A DNA stretch of 64,000 nucleotides from positions 1 through 64,000 of the forward strand of contig JANRLX010000134.1 in the NCBI GenBank assembly GCA_033762115.1, read 5' to 3'. Source of the stretch: Verrucomicrobiota bacterium (GTDB lineage: Bacteria; Verrucomicrobiota; Verrucomicrobiia; Limisphaerales; SXQI01). A program made the position numbers and the translations under genes. This document shows, piece after piece, positions 8,857 through 19,593 of the stretch. Below the pieces are notes generated by a model. The model made no database searches and was not told where the DNA came from. It worked only from the letters and a program-made list of their open reading frames with translations. Numbering within the stretch: the stretch's first letter is position 1; each line of letters opens with the position of its first letter.

Positions 8857-10568
8857 AACAGGAAGTAACGTTGGGCGAGGGGGAGGGAGCGGGCGGGTTC
8901 GCAGCGAAGCAGTTCTCCGTCCGCATGCACTTCGTAGGTTTCAGGGTCCACTGTAATTTTAGGAAGTGAATCGTTGCAGCGCATCTCCTTTTTACCAATA
9001 TTTCGGCAACGGCGGACAGGTTCGATCCGTTTGGTTAATCCATACTTGGCGGCTGTTCCTTCCGCATGTGCGAGCTGGCTGACAAATGCAATGGAACTGC
9101 TGCCGGTGGCACGACCAAAACTGCCAAACATGGGCCGCATGAAAACGGGCTGAGGAGTGGGGATGCTTGCGTTGGGATCGCCCATCTGTGCCCATGCAAT
9201 GATGCCCCCCTTGATGACCATTTCCGGTTTTGCGCCGAAAAAGGCAGGTTTCCAAAGAACCAGATCCGCAAGCTTTCCGGATTCCACAGAGCCTATCAAA
9301 TGCCCCATGCCATGGGCGATGGCCGGATTGATCGTGTACTTCGCGATATATCGTTTGATCCGAAAATTATCGTTCTCACCTTTTTCCTCCGGCAGGCGTC
9401 CACGCTGGGATTTCATTTTATCAGCAGTCTGCCAGGTGCGGGTGATGACTTCGCCAATGCGGCCCATGGCCTGGCTGTCGCTGGAGATGATGCTGATCGC
9501 ACCGATATCATGAAGAATGTCTTCAGCAGCGATTGTTTCACCGCGAATGCGGCTCTCAGCAAAGGCCACATCTTCAGGCAGGTTCGGATCCAGATGATGA
9601 CATACCATGAGCATATCGAGATGCTCGTCGATGGTATTGACGGTGTAGGGGCGAGTTGGATTGGTGGAACTGGGGATAACGTTGGGTTCGCCACAAATAC
9701 GAATGATGTCCGGCGCATGCCCCCCACCCGCTCCCTCGGAATGGTAGGTGTGAATAGTGCGACCGGCAATGGCGGCAATGGTCCCTTCGACAAAGGTGGA
9801 TTCATTCAGGGTGTCAGTATGGATGGTCACCTGGATGTCATGGTCATCCGCGATTTTCAGGCAGCAATCAATGGCTGCGGGAGTGGTCCCCCAATCCTCA
9901 TGAAGCTTCAGACCGACAGCGCCTGCAAGAATCTGATCGCGCAACCCTTGGGGAAGGGAAGTATTCCCTTTTCCGGTAAAGCCAAAATTCAAGGGGAGCG
10001 TATCCACGGCCTGGAGCATCGCCTTAAAATAAAAGGGGGCAGGGGTGCAGGTTGTTGCGCAGGTGCCCACTGCGGGTCCCGTCCCGCCGCCGACCATTGT
10101 CGTCAGACCGGAAGCAATGGCTTCATGGGCTTGCTGGGGGCAGATGAAATGAATGTGAGCATCAAATCCTCCGGCGGTTAGAATAAGTCCTTCGCCGGCG
10201 ATGACTTCAGTGGTCACGCCAATGATCATACCTGGAGTGACGCCTTGCATGACATCAGGATTGCCCGCCTTGCCGATAGCTGCGATCAGGCCCTGTTTGA
10301 TGCCGATATCAGCTTTATAAATTCCTGTGTAATCAACGACCAGAGCGTTTGTGATGACGCAGTCGAGGGCGTCCGCAGCGGCAACTCCGGCTGCCTGTCC
10401 CATCCCTTCACGGATTACCTTGCCTCCACCGAACTTGCATTCGTCCCCATAAACGGTGTGGTCCTTCTCCACTTCAAGAACCAGGGAGGTGTCGCCTAGG
10501 CGAACTTTATCTCCGGTAGTGGGGCCAAACATTTCGGCATAATGCCGACGATTCATTTGGTGTGACAT
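8853..10568 (-). CDS. ureC: Urease alpha (catalytic) subunit
   Basis: [37 protein letters not shown] flap and SSDSQAMG are all intact. Confidence 0.99.
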   Translation of the reverse strand: MSHQMNRRHYAEMFGPTTGDKVRLGDTSLVLEVEKDHTVYGDECKFGGGKVIREGMGQAAGVAAADALDCVITNALVVDYTGIYKADIGIKQGLIAAIGKAGNPDVMQGVTPGMIIGVTTEVIAGEGLILTAGGFDAHIHFICPQQAHEAIASGLTTMVGGGTGPAVGTCATTCTPAPFYFKAMLQAVDTLPLNFGFTGKGNTSLPQGLRDQILAGAVGLKLHEDWGTTPAAIDCCLKIADDHDIQVTIHTDTLNESTFVEGTIAAIAGRTIHTYHSEGAGGGHAPDIIRICGEPNVIPSSTNPTRPYTVNTIDEHLDMLMVCHHLDPNLPEDVAFAESRIRGETIAAEDILHDIGAISIISSDSQAMGRIGEVITRTWQTADKMKSQRGRLPEEKGENDNFRIKRYIAKYTINPAIAHGMGHLIGSVESGKLADLVLWKPAFFGAKPEMVIKGGIIAWAQMGDPNASIPTPQPVFMRPMFGSFGRATGSSSIAFVSQLAHAEGTAAKYGLTKRIEPVRRCRNIGKKEMRCNDSLPKITVDPETYEVHADGELLRCEPARSLPLAQRYFLF

Positions 10569-10571
10569 AGA

Positions 10572-11324
10572 TCAGCTTTGATTGGCGAAATTTTTGGAAC
10601 GAACGGTGTTAAGGGCAGCGGTTTTCCCTGCCGGGGTAACGGGTCCACTGGCCAGGTTGTTGCCCCCCTGAATGATTTTGTTTCCAGCTATTTCGACAAG
10701 GGTGATGGTTCGTGTTTCGCCTGGTTCGAAACGGACGGCAGTTCCAGCCGGAATATCCAGCCGCTTTCCATAAGCCAGGGCGCGATCAAACTGAAGCGCA
10801 GGGTTGGTTTCGATAAAATGATAATGGCTACCCACCTGGATCGGCCGGTCTCCCAGGTTCGTCACTGAAAGGGTGATTTTTTCACGCCCTGCATTCAGGG
10901 TCAGTTCACCTTCCTTTGGCTGAACGAAGCCTGGTTCATTGATCTCCTGCACTGTAAATTTTTCGACTGGAGGCACTGGAAGAAAGGAACCGTGGAGTGC
11001 AAGCGCAAGGTCACCATCCGCTGCAGCGATGGGATGGTGAACGGTCACGAGTTTCGTGCCGTCAGGAAAGGTGCCTTCGACCTGTACTTCGAGGATCATC
11101 TCAGGCACACCGGGCATGACCTGGTTTCTGCCCAGGAATGTGCGGCCAATCTGCATCAGTTCAGAAACGGTTTTGCCGTCGCGGATCAATTCCAGGAGTT
11201 GGGTGGCGATCAGGGCAACGGCTTCCGGGTGGTTGAGGCGCACTCCGCGCGCGAGTCTTTTTTGCGCGAGGAAACCGGCATTATGAAGCAGCAGTTTTTC
11301 AATTTCACGAGGGGAGAGATGCAT
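10572..11324 (-). CDS. ureAB: Fused urease gamma-beta subunit
   Basis: Gamma domain (MHLSPRE...[14 protein letters not shown]) fused to beta domain ([13 protein letters not shown]...GTAVRFEPG). Confidence 0.97.
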   Translation of the reverse strand: MHLSPREIEKLLLHNAGFLAQKRLARGVRLNHPEAVALIATQLLELIRDGKTVSELMQIGRTFLGRNQVMPGVPEMILEVQVEGTFPDGTKLVTVHHPIAAADGDLALALHGSFLPVPPVEKFTVQEINEPGFVQPKEGELTLNAGREKITLSVTNLGDRPIQVGSHYHFIETNPALQFDRALAYGKRLDIPAGTAVRFEPGETRTITLVEIAGNKIIQGGNNLASGPVTPAGKTAALNTVRSKNFANQS

Positions 11325-11330
11325 ATGAAA

Positions 11331-12161
11331 TTACCATTTCCGCAGCCATGGATTATCATTCAGCAGTTCGGCGACAAACTGAAGATGTCGAAAAATGGCC
11401 GCGGCAACTTCCTGCACATGGGTGCCCGCAAAACGAAGCACCGCACCATCCTCAAGGGGACTTGCGGATGCCAGCACCGGCTCACGACAGGGAGGGGGCT
11501 GAGAGGCGAATGCTTCCAGGATTTTTGCGGCGTGTCCTGCAAGCAATGGGCCCAGCAGCAGCACAGTGGCAAAGCAATGGTAACCACCTGTTCGAAAGGG
11601 GTTGCCCAGCTTTGTTTCAGCCGGTTCCAGTTTTAGTGCATCAAGAAAGATTAGGCGATCCTCCCGACGGATTTCATTTCGGCTGGAATAACGATTCATG
11701 GCCCATCGTTCTCCACGGGCTGCGCGTCCGCTGGAAACCCAATCGAGCAGGACCAGATTCGACGCTTGCTCGAGATCAAATCGTTGGCATTGGTCGAAGG
11801 TGGAACCAGCAAAGCATTGCACCGGGTCAGGAGTGAAAACGAGCAATGCATTGTTCCCGATCGTGGCGTTCAGGTGATGAGCGCAGGGGCGTGACAGGTG
11901 ATTTTTGTAAATTTTGGTCGAAGCCTGTGTTCCAAGAAAGCAACGGGCGTTCCGGTCCACTGTTACTTTCATGGAGGTCTGGTCACCTGCGACCATTCCT
12001 CCACCGAAACTGCTCAGATAAGCCCAAACACTCTCCCGATTGATGCAGGGTGTGAGCAATCGAAGGGGATTGCTTGAGCAGGAATAAAGGACAGCGCTGC
12101 GTCCCTGAACCATTCCGACGCGCAACTCAGCGAAGGCTTGCGAGAAGGCGACGGAATGCAT
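11331..12161 (-). CDS. ureD: Urease accessory protein UreD/UreH
   Basis: GGGMVAGD, TQASTKIYK, PDPVQCF and GRAARGERW motifs; position in the operon. Confidence 0.93.
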   Translation of the reverse strand: MHSVAFSQAFAELRVGMVQGRSAVLYSCSSNPLRLLTPCINRESVWAYLSSFGGGMVAGDQTSMKVTVDRNARCFLGTQASTKIYKNHLSRPCAHHLNATIGNNALLVFTPDPVQCFAGSTFDQCQRFDLEQASNLVLLDWVSSGRAARGERWAMNRYSSRNEIRREDRLIFLDALKLEPAETKLGNPFRTGGYHCFATVLLLGPLLAGHAAKILEAFASQPPPCREPVLASASPLEDGAVLRFAGTHVQEVAAAIFRHLQFVAELLNDNPWLRKW

Positions 12162-12165
12162 CGGG

Positions 12166-12453
12166 TCAGTGGCCGACCGTCCAAAGGACAGTCGCAGCCA
12201 GAAGGATTACTGCTGCGGAAAAGCGCAGGGTGCGTCGCACAGCTGGTCGCCGGGTAAATTGAGCGACCGCGAAAAGCATGATCGCGGTGAGACTTAGAAC
12301 TGCCAGGTGGTAAGGGCTTGAGACCAGATGAGCAGGCCCGTGATCCAGCATGTCGTGACCGGGATGAGCCTGGGATGTGACAGACAGGAGAGTGAGCAAA
12401 AGGACACCTGGCAAAAATCGTGGGCTGGCGCAATGACTTCCGAGTTGCTTCAT
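12166..12453 (-). CDS. Small HupE/UreJ-like His-containing membrane protein
   Basis: Signal peptide ending SQA-HPGH, then HGPAHLVSSPYHL and two TM helices; ATGA-type overlap with the urtE end. Confidence 0.6.
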   Translation of the reverse strand: MKQLGSHCASPRFLPGVLLLTLLSVTSQAHPGHDMLDHGPAHLVSSPYHLAVLSLTAIMLFAVAQFTRRPAVRRTLRFSAAVILLAATVLWTVGH

Positions 12454-13145
12454 ACAGTTAAATGTTCGCGGACAATTTCCTCATTCAAATTTGACATGGG
12501 CCCTTCGACAACAACGGCCCCTCGATCCATGATGTAGAAATTATCTCCGACTTCGAGGCAAAAATCGAGGTACTGTTCCACCAAAAGAATACTGATTTTT
12601 CCCTCCTTTTTGATTTTAACGAGAGTTTCACCGATCAGATCGATGATATTTGGCTGAATTCCCTCGGTGGGTTCATCCAGGAGAAGGATTTTGGGATCCG
12701 TCAACAACGCACGGGCGATGGCGAGTTGCTGTTGCTGGCCGCCACTCAGGACACCCCCTTTTCGTTGAAGCATCTCCTTAAGCACTGGAAAAAGTTCAAG
12801 AACGCGATCAAATTGGCCGTTGGCTTTTTGCCCGTGAACCACAAGACTGATTTGGAGATTTTCCAGGACTGTCATGTTTGGAAAAATATCGCGACCTTGC
12901 GGGACATATCCCAACCCGGCGCGGGCCCGTTCTTCAGCTTTCATTGAAGTGAGGTTTTTTCCTTCCAGTCGAATGGCGCCGGAATCTGATTTGACCAAGC
13001 CGGTGACTGCCTTCAGGGTTGTGGTTTTGCCAACACCATTCCGGCCCATCAAGCAAACGAGGCTTCGCGGGGGGACTTTGATGTTGACCGAACGCAGGAT
13101 GCGAGAGCCATCGTAGGAAACGGATAAATTTTCAATTTCCAACAT
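12450..13145 (-). CDS. urtE: Urea ABC transporter ATP-binding subunit
   Basis: GRNGVGKT, LSGGQQQQLAIAR, LLDEPTEGIQP. Confidence 0.95.
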   Translation of the reverse strand: MLEIENLSVSYDGSRILRSVNIKVPPRSLVCLMGRNGVGKTTTLKAVTGLVKSDSGAIRLEGKNLTSMKAEERARAGLGYVPQGRDIFPNMTVLENLQISLVVHGQKANGQFDRVLELFPVLKEMLQRKGGVLSGGQQQQLAIARALLTDPKILLLDEPTEGIQPNIIDLIGETLVKIKKEGKISILLVEQYLDFCLEVGDNFYIMDRGAVVVEGPMSNLNEEIVREHLTV

Positions 13146-13906
13146 TAGTGCGCTCCTTTCTTTTTGCGTCCCAGGTAGACCTCCTTCACCTGTTCATCCT
13201 CCTGAACCTCATCCACAGTGCCTTCTTTTAACACATGCCCCTGGTGGAGGACGGTGACCTTTTTGGCAATTTGTCGGACAAAGGTCATGTCATGTTCAAT
13301 CACGATGATACTGTGCCTTCCAGCAAGGCTCATCAGCAACTCCCCCGTACGGGCGGTTTCCTCATCTGTCATTCCAGCAGCTGGCTCATCGACCAGGAGC
13401 AGCCTGGGATTTTGGGCAAGGAGCATTCCGATTTCGAGCCATTGCTTCTGTCCGTGTGAAAGCAACCCGGCTTTGCTGTCAGCCTTGTCCAGAAGACCGA
13501 TCAGCTTGAGCAATTCATCGATCCGTTCCCGTTGCGCGGGTGTAATTTTGGAAAAGAGGGTTGCCCAGACGCTGCGGCTTCCTTCCAGGGAAAGCCACAA
13601 ATTTTCAAAAACGGTGTGCTCGACGTAAACAGAGGGGGTCTGGAATTTTCTTCCAATTCCGAGACGGTTGATCTGCGCTTCATTCAGACGAGTGAGATCA
13701 GTTTGCAGACCGAACTCAACGATTCCCGTGTCCGGGCGTGTCCGGCCAGTGATCAAATCAAGCATGGTGCTTTTGCCTGCGCCATTCGGGCCGATGACGA
13801 CCCGCAGTTCCCCCTCATCAAGGTAAAAATTCAGGTCGGTGATGGCTTTAAAGCCGTCGAAGGTTTTATTGACGCCTTCAATCGTCAGGATGAATTCCTT
13901 CTTCAT
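13145..13906 (-). CDS. urtD: Urea ABC transporter ATP-binding subunit
   Basis: [28 protein letters not shown]. Confidence 0.95.
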   Translation of the reverse strand: MKKEFILTIEGVNKTFDGFKAITDLNFYLDEGELRVVIGPNGAGKSTMLDLITGRTRPDTGIVEFGLQTDLTRLNEAQINRLGIGRKFQTPSVYVEHTVFENLWLSLEGSRSVWATLFSKITPAQRERIDELLKLIGLLDKADSKAGLLSHGQKQWLEIGMLLAQNPRLLLVDEPAAGMTDEETARTGELLMSLAGRHSIIVIEHDMTFVRQIAKKVTVLHQGHVLKEGTVDEVQEDEQVKEVYLGRKKKGAH

Positions 13907-15072
13907 TCTTTGGCAGCTCCCATGCTGGCGGTGGGAACAGGTTCCGGATCAGGAGTTCGCGGGGAGAAAAAGCGGCGTTTCAGTTGCATCAATTGTTCGG
14001 GGATACCCACAATTCCGCGCGGCATGAAAAGGACCACGAGAATAAACAATCCTCCAAGGATGAAAAGCCACTGTTCAGCAAAAGCCCTGGTTGCATAACT
14101 TTTCAGGGCATTGACGCCGATTGCCCCGATAATGGGGCCAACCAAGGTGTGACGCCCACCGACCGCGCACCAGACCACCGCTTCGAGAGATTTGTCAGGG
14201 GCCATTTCACTGGGGTTGATAATGCCGACTTGCGGCACATAAAGAGCACCACCAAGGCCGGCGATGATTGCGGAAATGACAAATACAAACAGTTTGAAAT
14301 GTGAGGTGGCATAACCGGAGAAAAGGACACGGTTTTCGCTGTCGCGAATCGCGCGTTGGATCAGCCCGAATTTTGTTGCGGTCAACCAGCGGCAAAACAA
14401 ATAGGTGCCGAGCAGCAGCAGCGCGGAGCCGATGTAAAGCCAGCGTTTCATTTCAGGGGTGTTGATTTCACGCCCGAGCAGTATCTTGAAATCCGTCAGC
14501 CCATTATTCCCTCCAAAAGTAAAATCGTTGCGAAAGAACATCAGACAGGCCGCATAGGTCAATGCCTGGCTGAGGATGGAAAAGTACACTCCCTTGATCC
14601 GTGACCGAAACGCCAGCCATCCAAAAATAAATGCCACCAGTGCAGGCACCCAGATCACCGCTGCGCTGGCAAACCAGAAATCCCTGAACGGAATCCAGTG
14701 TGGAGGCAGGCCGCCGGTTTCCGGAAAGCGGGTTTGGAATTCCAGGAACACCATAAAGTCAGGAATGTCTGCCTTGTACTGGCCAAGCTTCCCGATCATC
14801 AGCATTAAATGCATTCCCAGTGCATAACCTCCCAGAGAAAAGAAAAGAGCCTGTCCGAGGCTGAGCAGTCCGGTGTATCCCCAAAGCAGGTTCACGCTCA
14901 ATGCCAGCACTGCATAGCAGAGGTATTTCCCATAAACAGTGATTGCAAAATTGCTGATATGAAAAAAAGTTCCCGGCGCGGTAAAGGTATTCAGCAGTGG
15001 AAGCAGAATAATTCCGATAAAGCTTACGAGGAGTAAAACAGCCAGTTCAGTTTTTGAAAATAATTTCCGCAT
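13903..15072 (-). CDS. urtC: Urea ABC transporter permease
   Basis: [37 protein letters not shown]. Confidence 0.93.
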   Translation of the reverse strand: MRKLFSKTELAVLLLVSFIGIILLPLLNTFTAPGTFFHISNFAITVYGKYLCYAVLALSVNLLWGYTGLLSLGQALFFSLGGYALGMHLMLMIGKLGQYKADIPDFMVFLEFQTRFPETGGLPPHWIPFRDFWFASAAVIWVPALVAFIFGWLAFRSRIKGVYFSILSQALTYAACLMFFRNDFTFGGNNGLTDFKILLGREINTPEMKRWLYIGSALLLLGTYLFCRWLTATKFGLIQRAIRDSENRVLFSGYATSHFKLFVFVISAIIAGLGGALYVPQVGIINPSEMAPDKSLEAVVWCAVGGRHTLVGPIIGAIGVNALKSYATRAFAEQWLFILGGLFILVVLFMPRGIVGIPEQLMQLKRRFFSPRTPDPEPVPTASMGAAKE

Positions 15073-15075
15073 GAA

Positions 15076-16743
15076 TCATCCTTCAAGGGTGCGACTACGA
15101 GTGACGAAGAGGCCAGCTGGCCTCCATTGGAGAAAAAGAATAATGGCTGAGAGCACAGTGATTTTTCCCAGAACAGCCCCAAGCCAGGGTTGAAGCAACT
15201 GGTCAGTGACTCCAATCCCCATGGAAGCGGAAACGGTGCCCACCAGATTTCCCACGCCTCCCAGCACCACCACCATGAAACAATCCACAATGTAATTCTG
15301 CCCAAGGCCCGGATTCACATTGCCGATTTGGGCGAGGCATGCACCAGCCATCCCCGCCAAGCCGGAACCAAACGCAAAGGTCATCATGTTGACTCTCTCG
15401 GTGCGGACCCCCAGGGCTGAGGCCATCCTGCGGTTTTGCATCACTGCCCTGATCTGCAACCCGAGGGAGGTCCGCGTCAGCAGCAGGTAAGTCATGAGGA
15501 CGATGAAGATTGCAAAAGCAATGATGAACATGCGGTTATTCCCCAGCAGCACATCCGAAATGACCAGGCTTCCGCTCAACCAGCCCGGAGAGTTGACCTG
15601 CACATTTGCGGCCCCGAACAATGAACGGAAAAGCTGCTGGAGAACCAGGCTGACTCCCCAGGTGGCGAGCAACGATTCCAGCGGTCGCTTGTAGAGAAAG
15701 CGAATAATCCCTCGTTCCAAAATCAAACCGACCCCGCCCGCGACGAGAAATGAAAAAAGGATTGCGGGGAGAAAATAGTAGTCAACCAGCGCTTGATTTG
15801 TGCCCGCCCAGGATTTGAAAATATTTTGTGTCACATAGGTCGTGTAAGCGCCGATCATGATGATTTCGCCATGGGCCATGTTAATCACGCCCATCAGGCC
15901 GAAGGTGATCGCCAACCCCAAAGCCGCGACCAGCAACACAGCAGCGAGACTCAATCCACGGAAGGCGGTCCCAAAAAAATTTCCCCACCATTGGTAGGTT
16001 TCGATTGCAACGATGGAAGAGCGCAGCGCTTCCATGGTTTGATCATCCAACTTGTCTGGAGCGGTCCGGGCTTCGGTCTGGAGTTGCGTCAGAAAACTGA
16101 TGTAATTAATTGAGCGAAGTTTGCCAAGCTGAGTGATTGCCTCAACTTTTTCCGCAGGATCGGTCGAAAGGATTTGAGTGACGGCAATCGCCTCCTTCAG
16201 CGCGCGCACCACTTCCTTATCCTTTTCACGTGTCGCGCTGTCCCGAAAAAACGGAACATAATCGGCATTTTGCTCCTGCCCGAGCTTGATCACCGCGTCC
16301 CGGCGCATTTTCGGATTTGGATTGTTAAGTGCTAGAAGATCAAGAGTGGCCTTGAGAGCTTTTCTCAGTTTCGAAGTGGTATCCGCAGGTGTCAGATCAT
16401 TGCTGGAAAAGCGGATGCGTTTTCCATCGGCGCTCAAGGGGGCACCATTGCTGACCAGCACTGCTGCTGCTTTACCCTCATTATCTGTTTCAGCCTCCAG
16501 AATAATTGGGATTTTGGTATTGTTGGTTTCAAGAATGTAAACCATTCCTCCCCGCCATGCGCTGAGAGTTTGGTGAACATGTGAATCGGAAGAGGTGACA
16601 AAACCGCGGATTAATTCGGATTGTCTGTCAAAATCCTCACTCGTGATCGCCTCGACCAGATTCTTGCGGGCCGTTTCATCAGCGGAGTCAGCTGCGGCGA
16701 GCGTCACCAGGGTTACCAGCAGTAGTAAAAATCTCGAAAGCAT
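15076..16743 (-). CDS. urtB: Urea ABC transporter permease with long N-terminal periplasmic/HEAT-like domain
   Basis: GLAITFGLMGVINMAHGE and RPLESLLATWG motifs; signal peptide from ATG 16743. Confidence 0.93.
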   Translation of the reverse strand: MLSRFLLLLVTLVTLAAADSADETARKNLVEAITSEDFDRQSELIRGFVTSSDSHVHQTLSAWRGGMVYILETNNTKIPIILEAETDNEGKAAAVLVSNGAPLSADGKRIRFSSNDLTPADTTSKLRKALKATLDLLALNNPNPKMRRDAVIKLGQEQNADYVPFFRDSATREKDKEVVRALKEAIAVTQILSTDPAEKVEAITQLGKLRSINYISFLTQLQTEARTAPDKLDDQTMEALRSSIVAIETYQWWGNFFGTAFRGLSLAAVLLVAALGLAITFGLMGVINMAHGEIIMIGAYTTYVTQNIFKSWAGTNQALVDYYFLPAILFSFLVAGGVGLILERGIIRFLYKRPLESLLATWGVSLVLQQLFRSLFGAANVQVNSPGWLSGSLVISDVLLGNNRMFIIAFAIFIVLMTYLLLTRTSLGLQIRAVMQNRRMASALGVRTERVNMMTFAFGSGLAGMAGACLAQIGNVNPGLGQNYIVDCFMVVVLGGVGNLVGTVSASMGIGVTDQLLQPWLGAVLGKITVLSAIILFLQWRPAGLFVTRSRTLEG

Positions 16744-16752
16744 GGTGCTTTT

Positions 16753-16781
16753 AAAAAGAGAGACGGGCCGAAACCCGTCTC
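16753..16781 (-). terminator. Intercistronic hairpin between urtA and urtB
   Basis: Minus strand GAGACGGG-TTTCGG-CCCGTCTC followed by TCTTTTT. Confidence 0.6.
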
Positions 16782-16811
16782 CCATGTGAACGACTACCCA
16801 CGAAACAAACC

Positions 16812-18065
16812 TTAGTTGCTGGCAGTCGATTTTTTAGGCAGAAACTTTTCACTGAACGGTTCACCAGCCACACCGGTGAAGGACTTGATCACTTTAAACT
16901 GCCCGGTGGCCAATGTTTCACCGATATACACGTTATTGATCAGGTGGTGATTATCCTGCATGGTGACTTCACCAGCCGGGCCTTTGAATTTCTGGCCCAC
17001 GAGCGCCTCGCGGACTTTGTCCACTTCAAAGGAACCTGCTTTTTCAACCGCTTGCTTCCAGAGGTAAACACCAATGCGGGAGAGGTTCATCGGACTGCAG
17101 GTGACGCGGTTCTTGGTATCGATGCCAGTGACGGTATAATCCGATCCGGTCACTTTCGGAGCCTTGAGCCATTCCTGGAAATTGCTCACGAATGAAGCGT
17201 TTTCAGGTGTCTTGAGAGACATGAAATAAGTCCAGCAGCCAAGATGACCAACGAGGTCCTTTGCAGGCAAACCACGGAATTCATCTTCTGAAATCGAGAA
17301 GGAAACCACCGGGCAGTTTTCAGAAGTCAAACCGGCATTTGCGAATTCCTTAAAGAAAGGAACATTGGTATCGCCATTCAGGGTGCTGATCACGCAAGCT
17401 TTTCCACCAGCCGAGAATTTTTTGATGGATGCCACAATGGTTTGGTAATCCGTATGGCCGAATGGAGTGTAAATTTCTTCAATGTCGGCATCAGGAATGC
17501 CTTTGGCCTTCAGGTACTGCTTGAGGATTTTGTTGGTCGTGCGGGGGTAGACATAGTCTGAACCAAGTAGGTAATATTTCTTTTTTCCTTCCGCGAGCAT
17601 GTAATCCACTGCGGGGATGGCCTGCTGATTGACGGCTTCAGCAGTGTAGAAAATATTTTTTGAAAGCTCTTCACCTTCGTACTGCACAGGATAAAAAAGC
17701 AATCCATTGGCCTGTTCGAAAACAGGCAGCACCGATTTACGGCTGACTGAAGTCCAGCAACCGAACACGACGGATACCTTGTCCTGTTCGAGCAGTTGTT
17801 TGGCTTTTTCAGCGAACAAAGGCCAGTTTGATGCCGGATCGACAATCACTGGTTCGATCATGTAGCTCTTATCGCCAACTTTGATACCTCCTGATTTATT
17901 GACTTCATCAAAGGTGAAGAGGAGAACGTCCTTTAAGGAGGTTTCACTGATTGCCATGGTTCCACTTAATGAATGGAGCACGCCGACTTTGACCTTTTCG
18001 GCAGCGTAGGTCATGGAAGCTGTAGCGATGATCGCTGCAGCAGTCATAAGTTTTCTAATGATCAT
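16812..18065 (-). CDS. urtA: Urea ABC transporter substrate-binding protein
   Basis: Signal peptide, [39 protein letters not shown]. Confidence 0.96.
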   Translation of the reverse strand: MIIRKLMTAAAIIATASMTYAAEKVKVGVLHSLSGTMAISETSLKDVLLFTFDEVNKSGGIKVGDKSYMIEPVIVDPASNWPLFAEKAKQLLEQDKVSVVFGCWTSVSRKSVLPVFEQANGLLFYPVQYEGEELSKNIFYTAEAVNQQAIPAVDYMLAEGKKKYYLLGSDYVYPRTTNKILKQYLKAKGIPDADIEEIYTPFGHTDYQTIVASIKKFSAGGKACVISTLNGDTNVPFFKEFANAGLTSENCPVVSFSISEDEFRGLPAKDLVGHLGCWTYFMSLKTPENASFVSNFQEWLKAPKVTGSDYTVTGIDTKNRVTCSPMNLSRIGVYLWKQAVEKAGSFEVDKVREALVGQKFKGPAGEVTMQDNHHLINNVYIGETLATGQFKVIKSFTGVAGEPFSEKFLPKKSTASN

Positions 18066-18167
18066 ATTTGATTATTACAGTTCTGGTTTGGGGGTTCAGG
18101 AGCGAGGCATTTCAACTTTGTTTAAGGACACATGTTTCTGAGCGACGAACGCTCGATTCAGCCTTTA

Positions 18168-18183
18168 AGCAGCGGGAATGCCT
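18168..18183 (-). promoter_or_regulatory. Sigma-54 (-24/-12) promoter upstream of urtA
   Basis: Minus strand AGGCATTCCCGCTGCT = GG-N10-GC, ~100 nt before the urtA ATG. Confidence 0.6.
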
Positions 18184-18514
18184 GATCGCTGAATAATTCC
18201 TTTTCCAAGCTGAATATTATTCATTCCAGCAATTCAAATTGTTCATGACTTCGAAATCTTCCTTTAAACATTGCCAAAACATAAACCGCTCTACTCCTGG
18301 AATTGAATCGATAATGACATCTCAAGTTTGAATAAATTTGGCCGCACAAATGAAACTTGATCGTTCCGGAGCAGAATGGCTTTTTTTATTCATTCCGCTT
18401 TCATCAGGTGCTAAAAGTTTGGATATTCAAGACGCTCACCTGGAAAATTTTTATTTGTGAATATCAGTTCCCGTTCATGATCCGGATTGAGTTATTGAGG
18501 AATAGAACCTCCTG

Positions 18515-18556
18515 AAAAACAAAACTCCTGCGACCGGAGGAACCAGATCGCAGGAG
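18515..18556 (-). terminator. Intrinsic terminator after the porin-like gene
   Basis: CTCCTGCGA...TCGCAGGAG stem followed on the minus strand by TTTTGTTTTT. Confidence 0.7.
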
Positions 18557-18623
18557 CGATTTCCGCTCAATGAAGAGCAGGTGTCTTATCTATGCTTGAC
18601 GGTGTGCACAACACCGCAAGAAC

Positions 18624-19448
18624 TTAGAAGGCGAGCGTCAGGCCGATTTTGCCGGTCACGAATGCTTCATCAGGATTGCCAGGGATGACATCATCATTGG
18701 TATGGTAACCGGTGATGGCGGGGTTGAGGGACCAATTGCCCGGCATGAACGGCAGTGGAATGCTAGCGCTGGCGCCGAGCGAGGCAAAAGCGTATCCAGC
18801 ATCGCCACCGTGGTATTCATCAGTCGCAAAGGCCACATTCAAGGGGAAGGTAATGCTGACTGATCCCACCGGAATGCTGTGGGAAATACCTGCAACGGCG
18901 ACCACACCGGTTTCGCGGCCCAGTCCATCATCGACGCGGCCATGGATGGTGAGGCTTGGATTGAGGAAGGTGCTGACACCAATCACGAGATCAACGATCC
19001 GCTCTGATTCGGAAGCGTACATCCATTCCTGGTAAAGGAGTTTCACCGTTACTTTTTCGAAGGAGTAGCTGACACCGATCCATGCATCCATTTCCTGCAC
19101 GATCTTGTCGCCAATGGAGGTTGTAGCGTTGTCATTGATGTCAAACCAGGTGCCGATGATAAATTTCAACTGATCATTGGCCGCAATGTTCAACTCAAAG
19201 GAAGGGTTGAACAGCACATCATTCCATTTATTGCCTGCCGCCCAGACATCTGCGCCGTAGGAAATGAAATGGGTGTTCACGTCCAGAGACAGTGTGCCGC
19301 TGATCGGAGAGGCAGCGGGCGCTTCAGGTTTTTCAGGAGGAGTGGTCTCCCGCGCTTCAGCAGGGGTGGATTCCTGGGCGATCACGCCCTGGGAGAGGAT
19401 GATTGCAGTTCCTAGAACAGGAAGTATTCGGGTTAGCCGTTTATTCAT
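18624..19448 (-). CDS. Putative outer-membrane beta-barrel/porin (TorF-like)
   Basis: Signal peptide, alternating amphipathic beta-strand pattern and C-terminal GLTLAF; upstream of the urt operon. Confidence 0.65.
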   Translation of the reverse strand: MNKRLTRILPVLGTAIILSQGVIAQESTPAEARETTPPEKPEAPAASPISGTLSLDVNTHFISYGADVWAAGNKWNDVLFNPSFELNIAANDQLKFIIGTWFDINDNATTSIGDKIVQEMDAWIGVSYSFEKVTVKLLYQEWMYASESERIVDLVIGVSTFLNPSLTIHGRVDDGLGRETGVVAVAGISHSIPVGSVSITFPLNVAFATDEYHGGDAGYAFASLGASASIPLPFMPGNWSLNPAITGYHTNDDVIPGNPDEAFVTGKIGLTLAF

Positions 19449-19593
19449 TTGATATGTTTATTTGTTTGCTTAGGGCATACGTGCATTCCCGCTATCGAAC
19501 CGGAATTCGCACCAGCGATTCCCGATTCTTTCACGAGCATTGTGGACTTCTGCATTCGTTCTTGGATGCGAGCGATCTTGCATCTCGGCGTTT

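Noticed and set aside
9066..10181. 371-aa plus-strand ORF opposite ureC (and similar shadows such as 35405-36166, 45268-45963, 54800-55420)
   Set aside because: Antisense shadows of well-conserved genes, with no recognisable motifs
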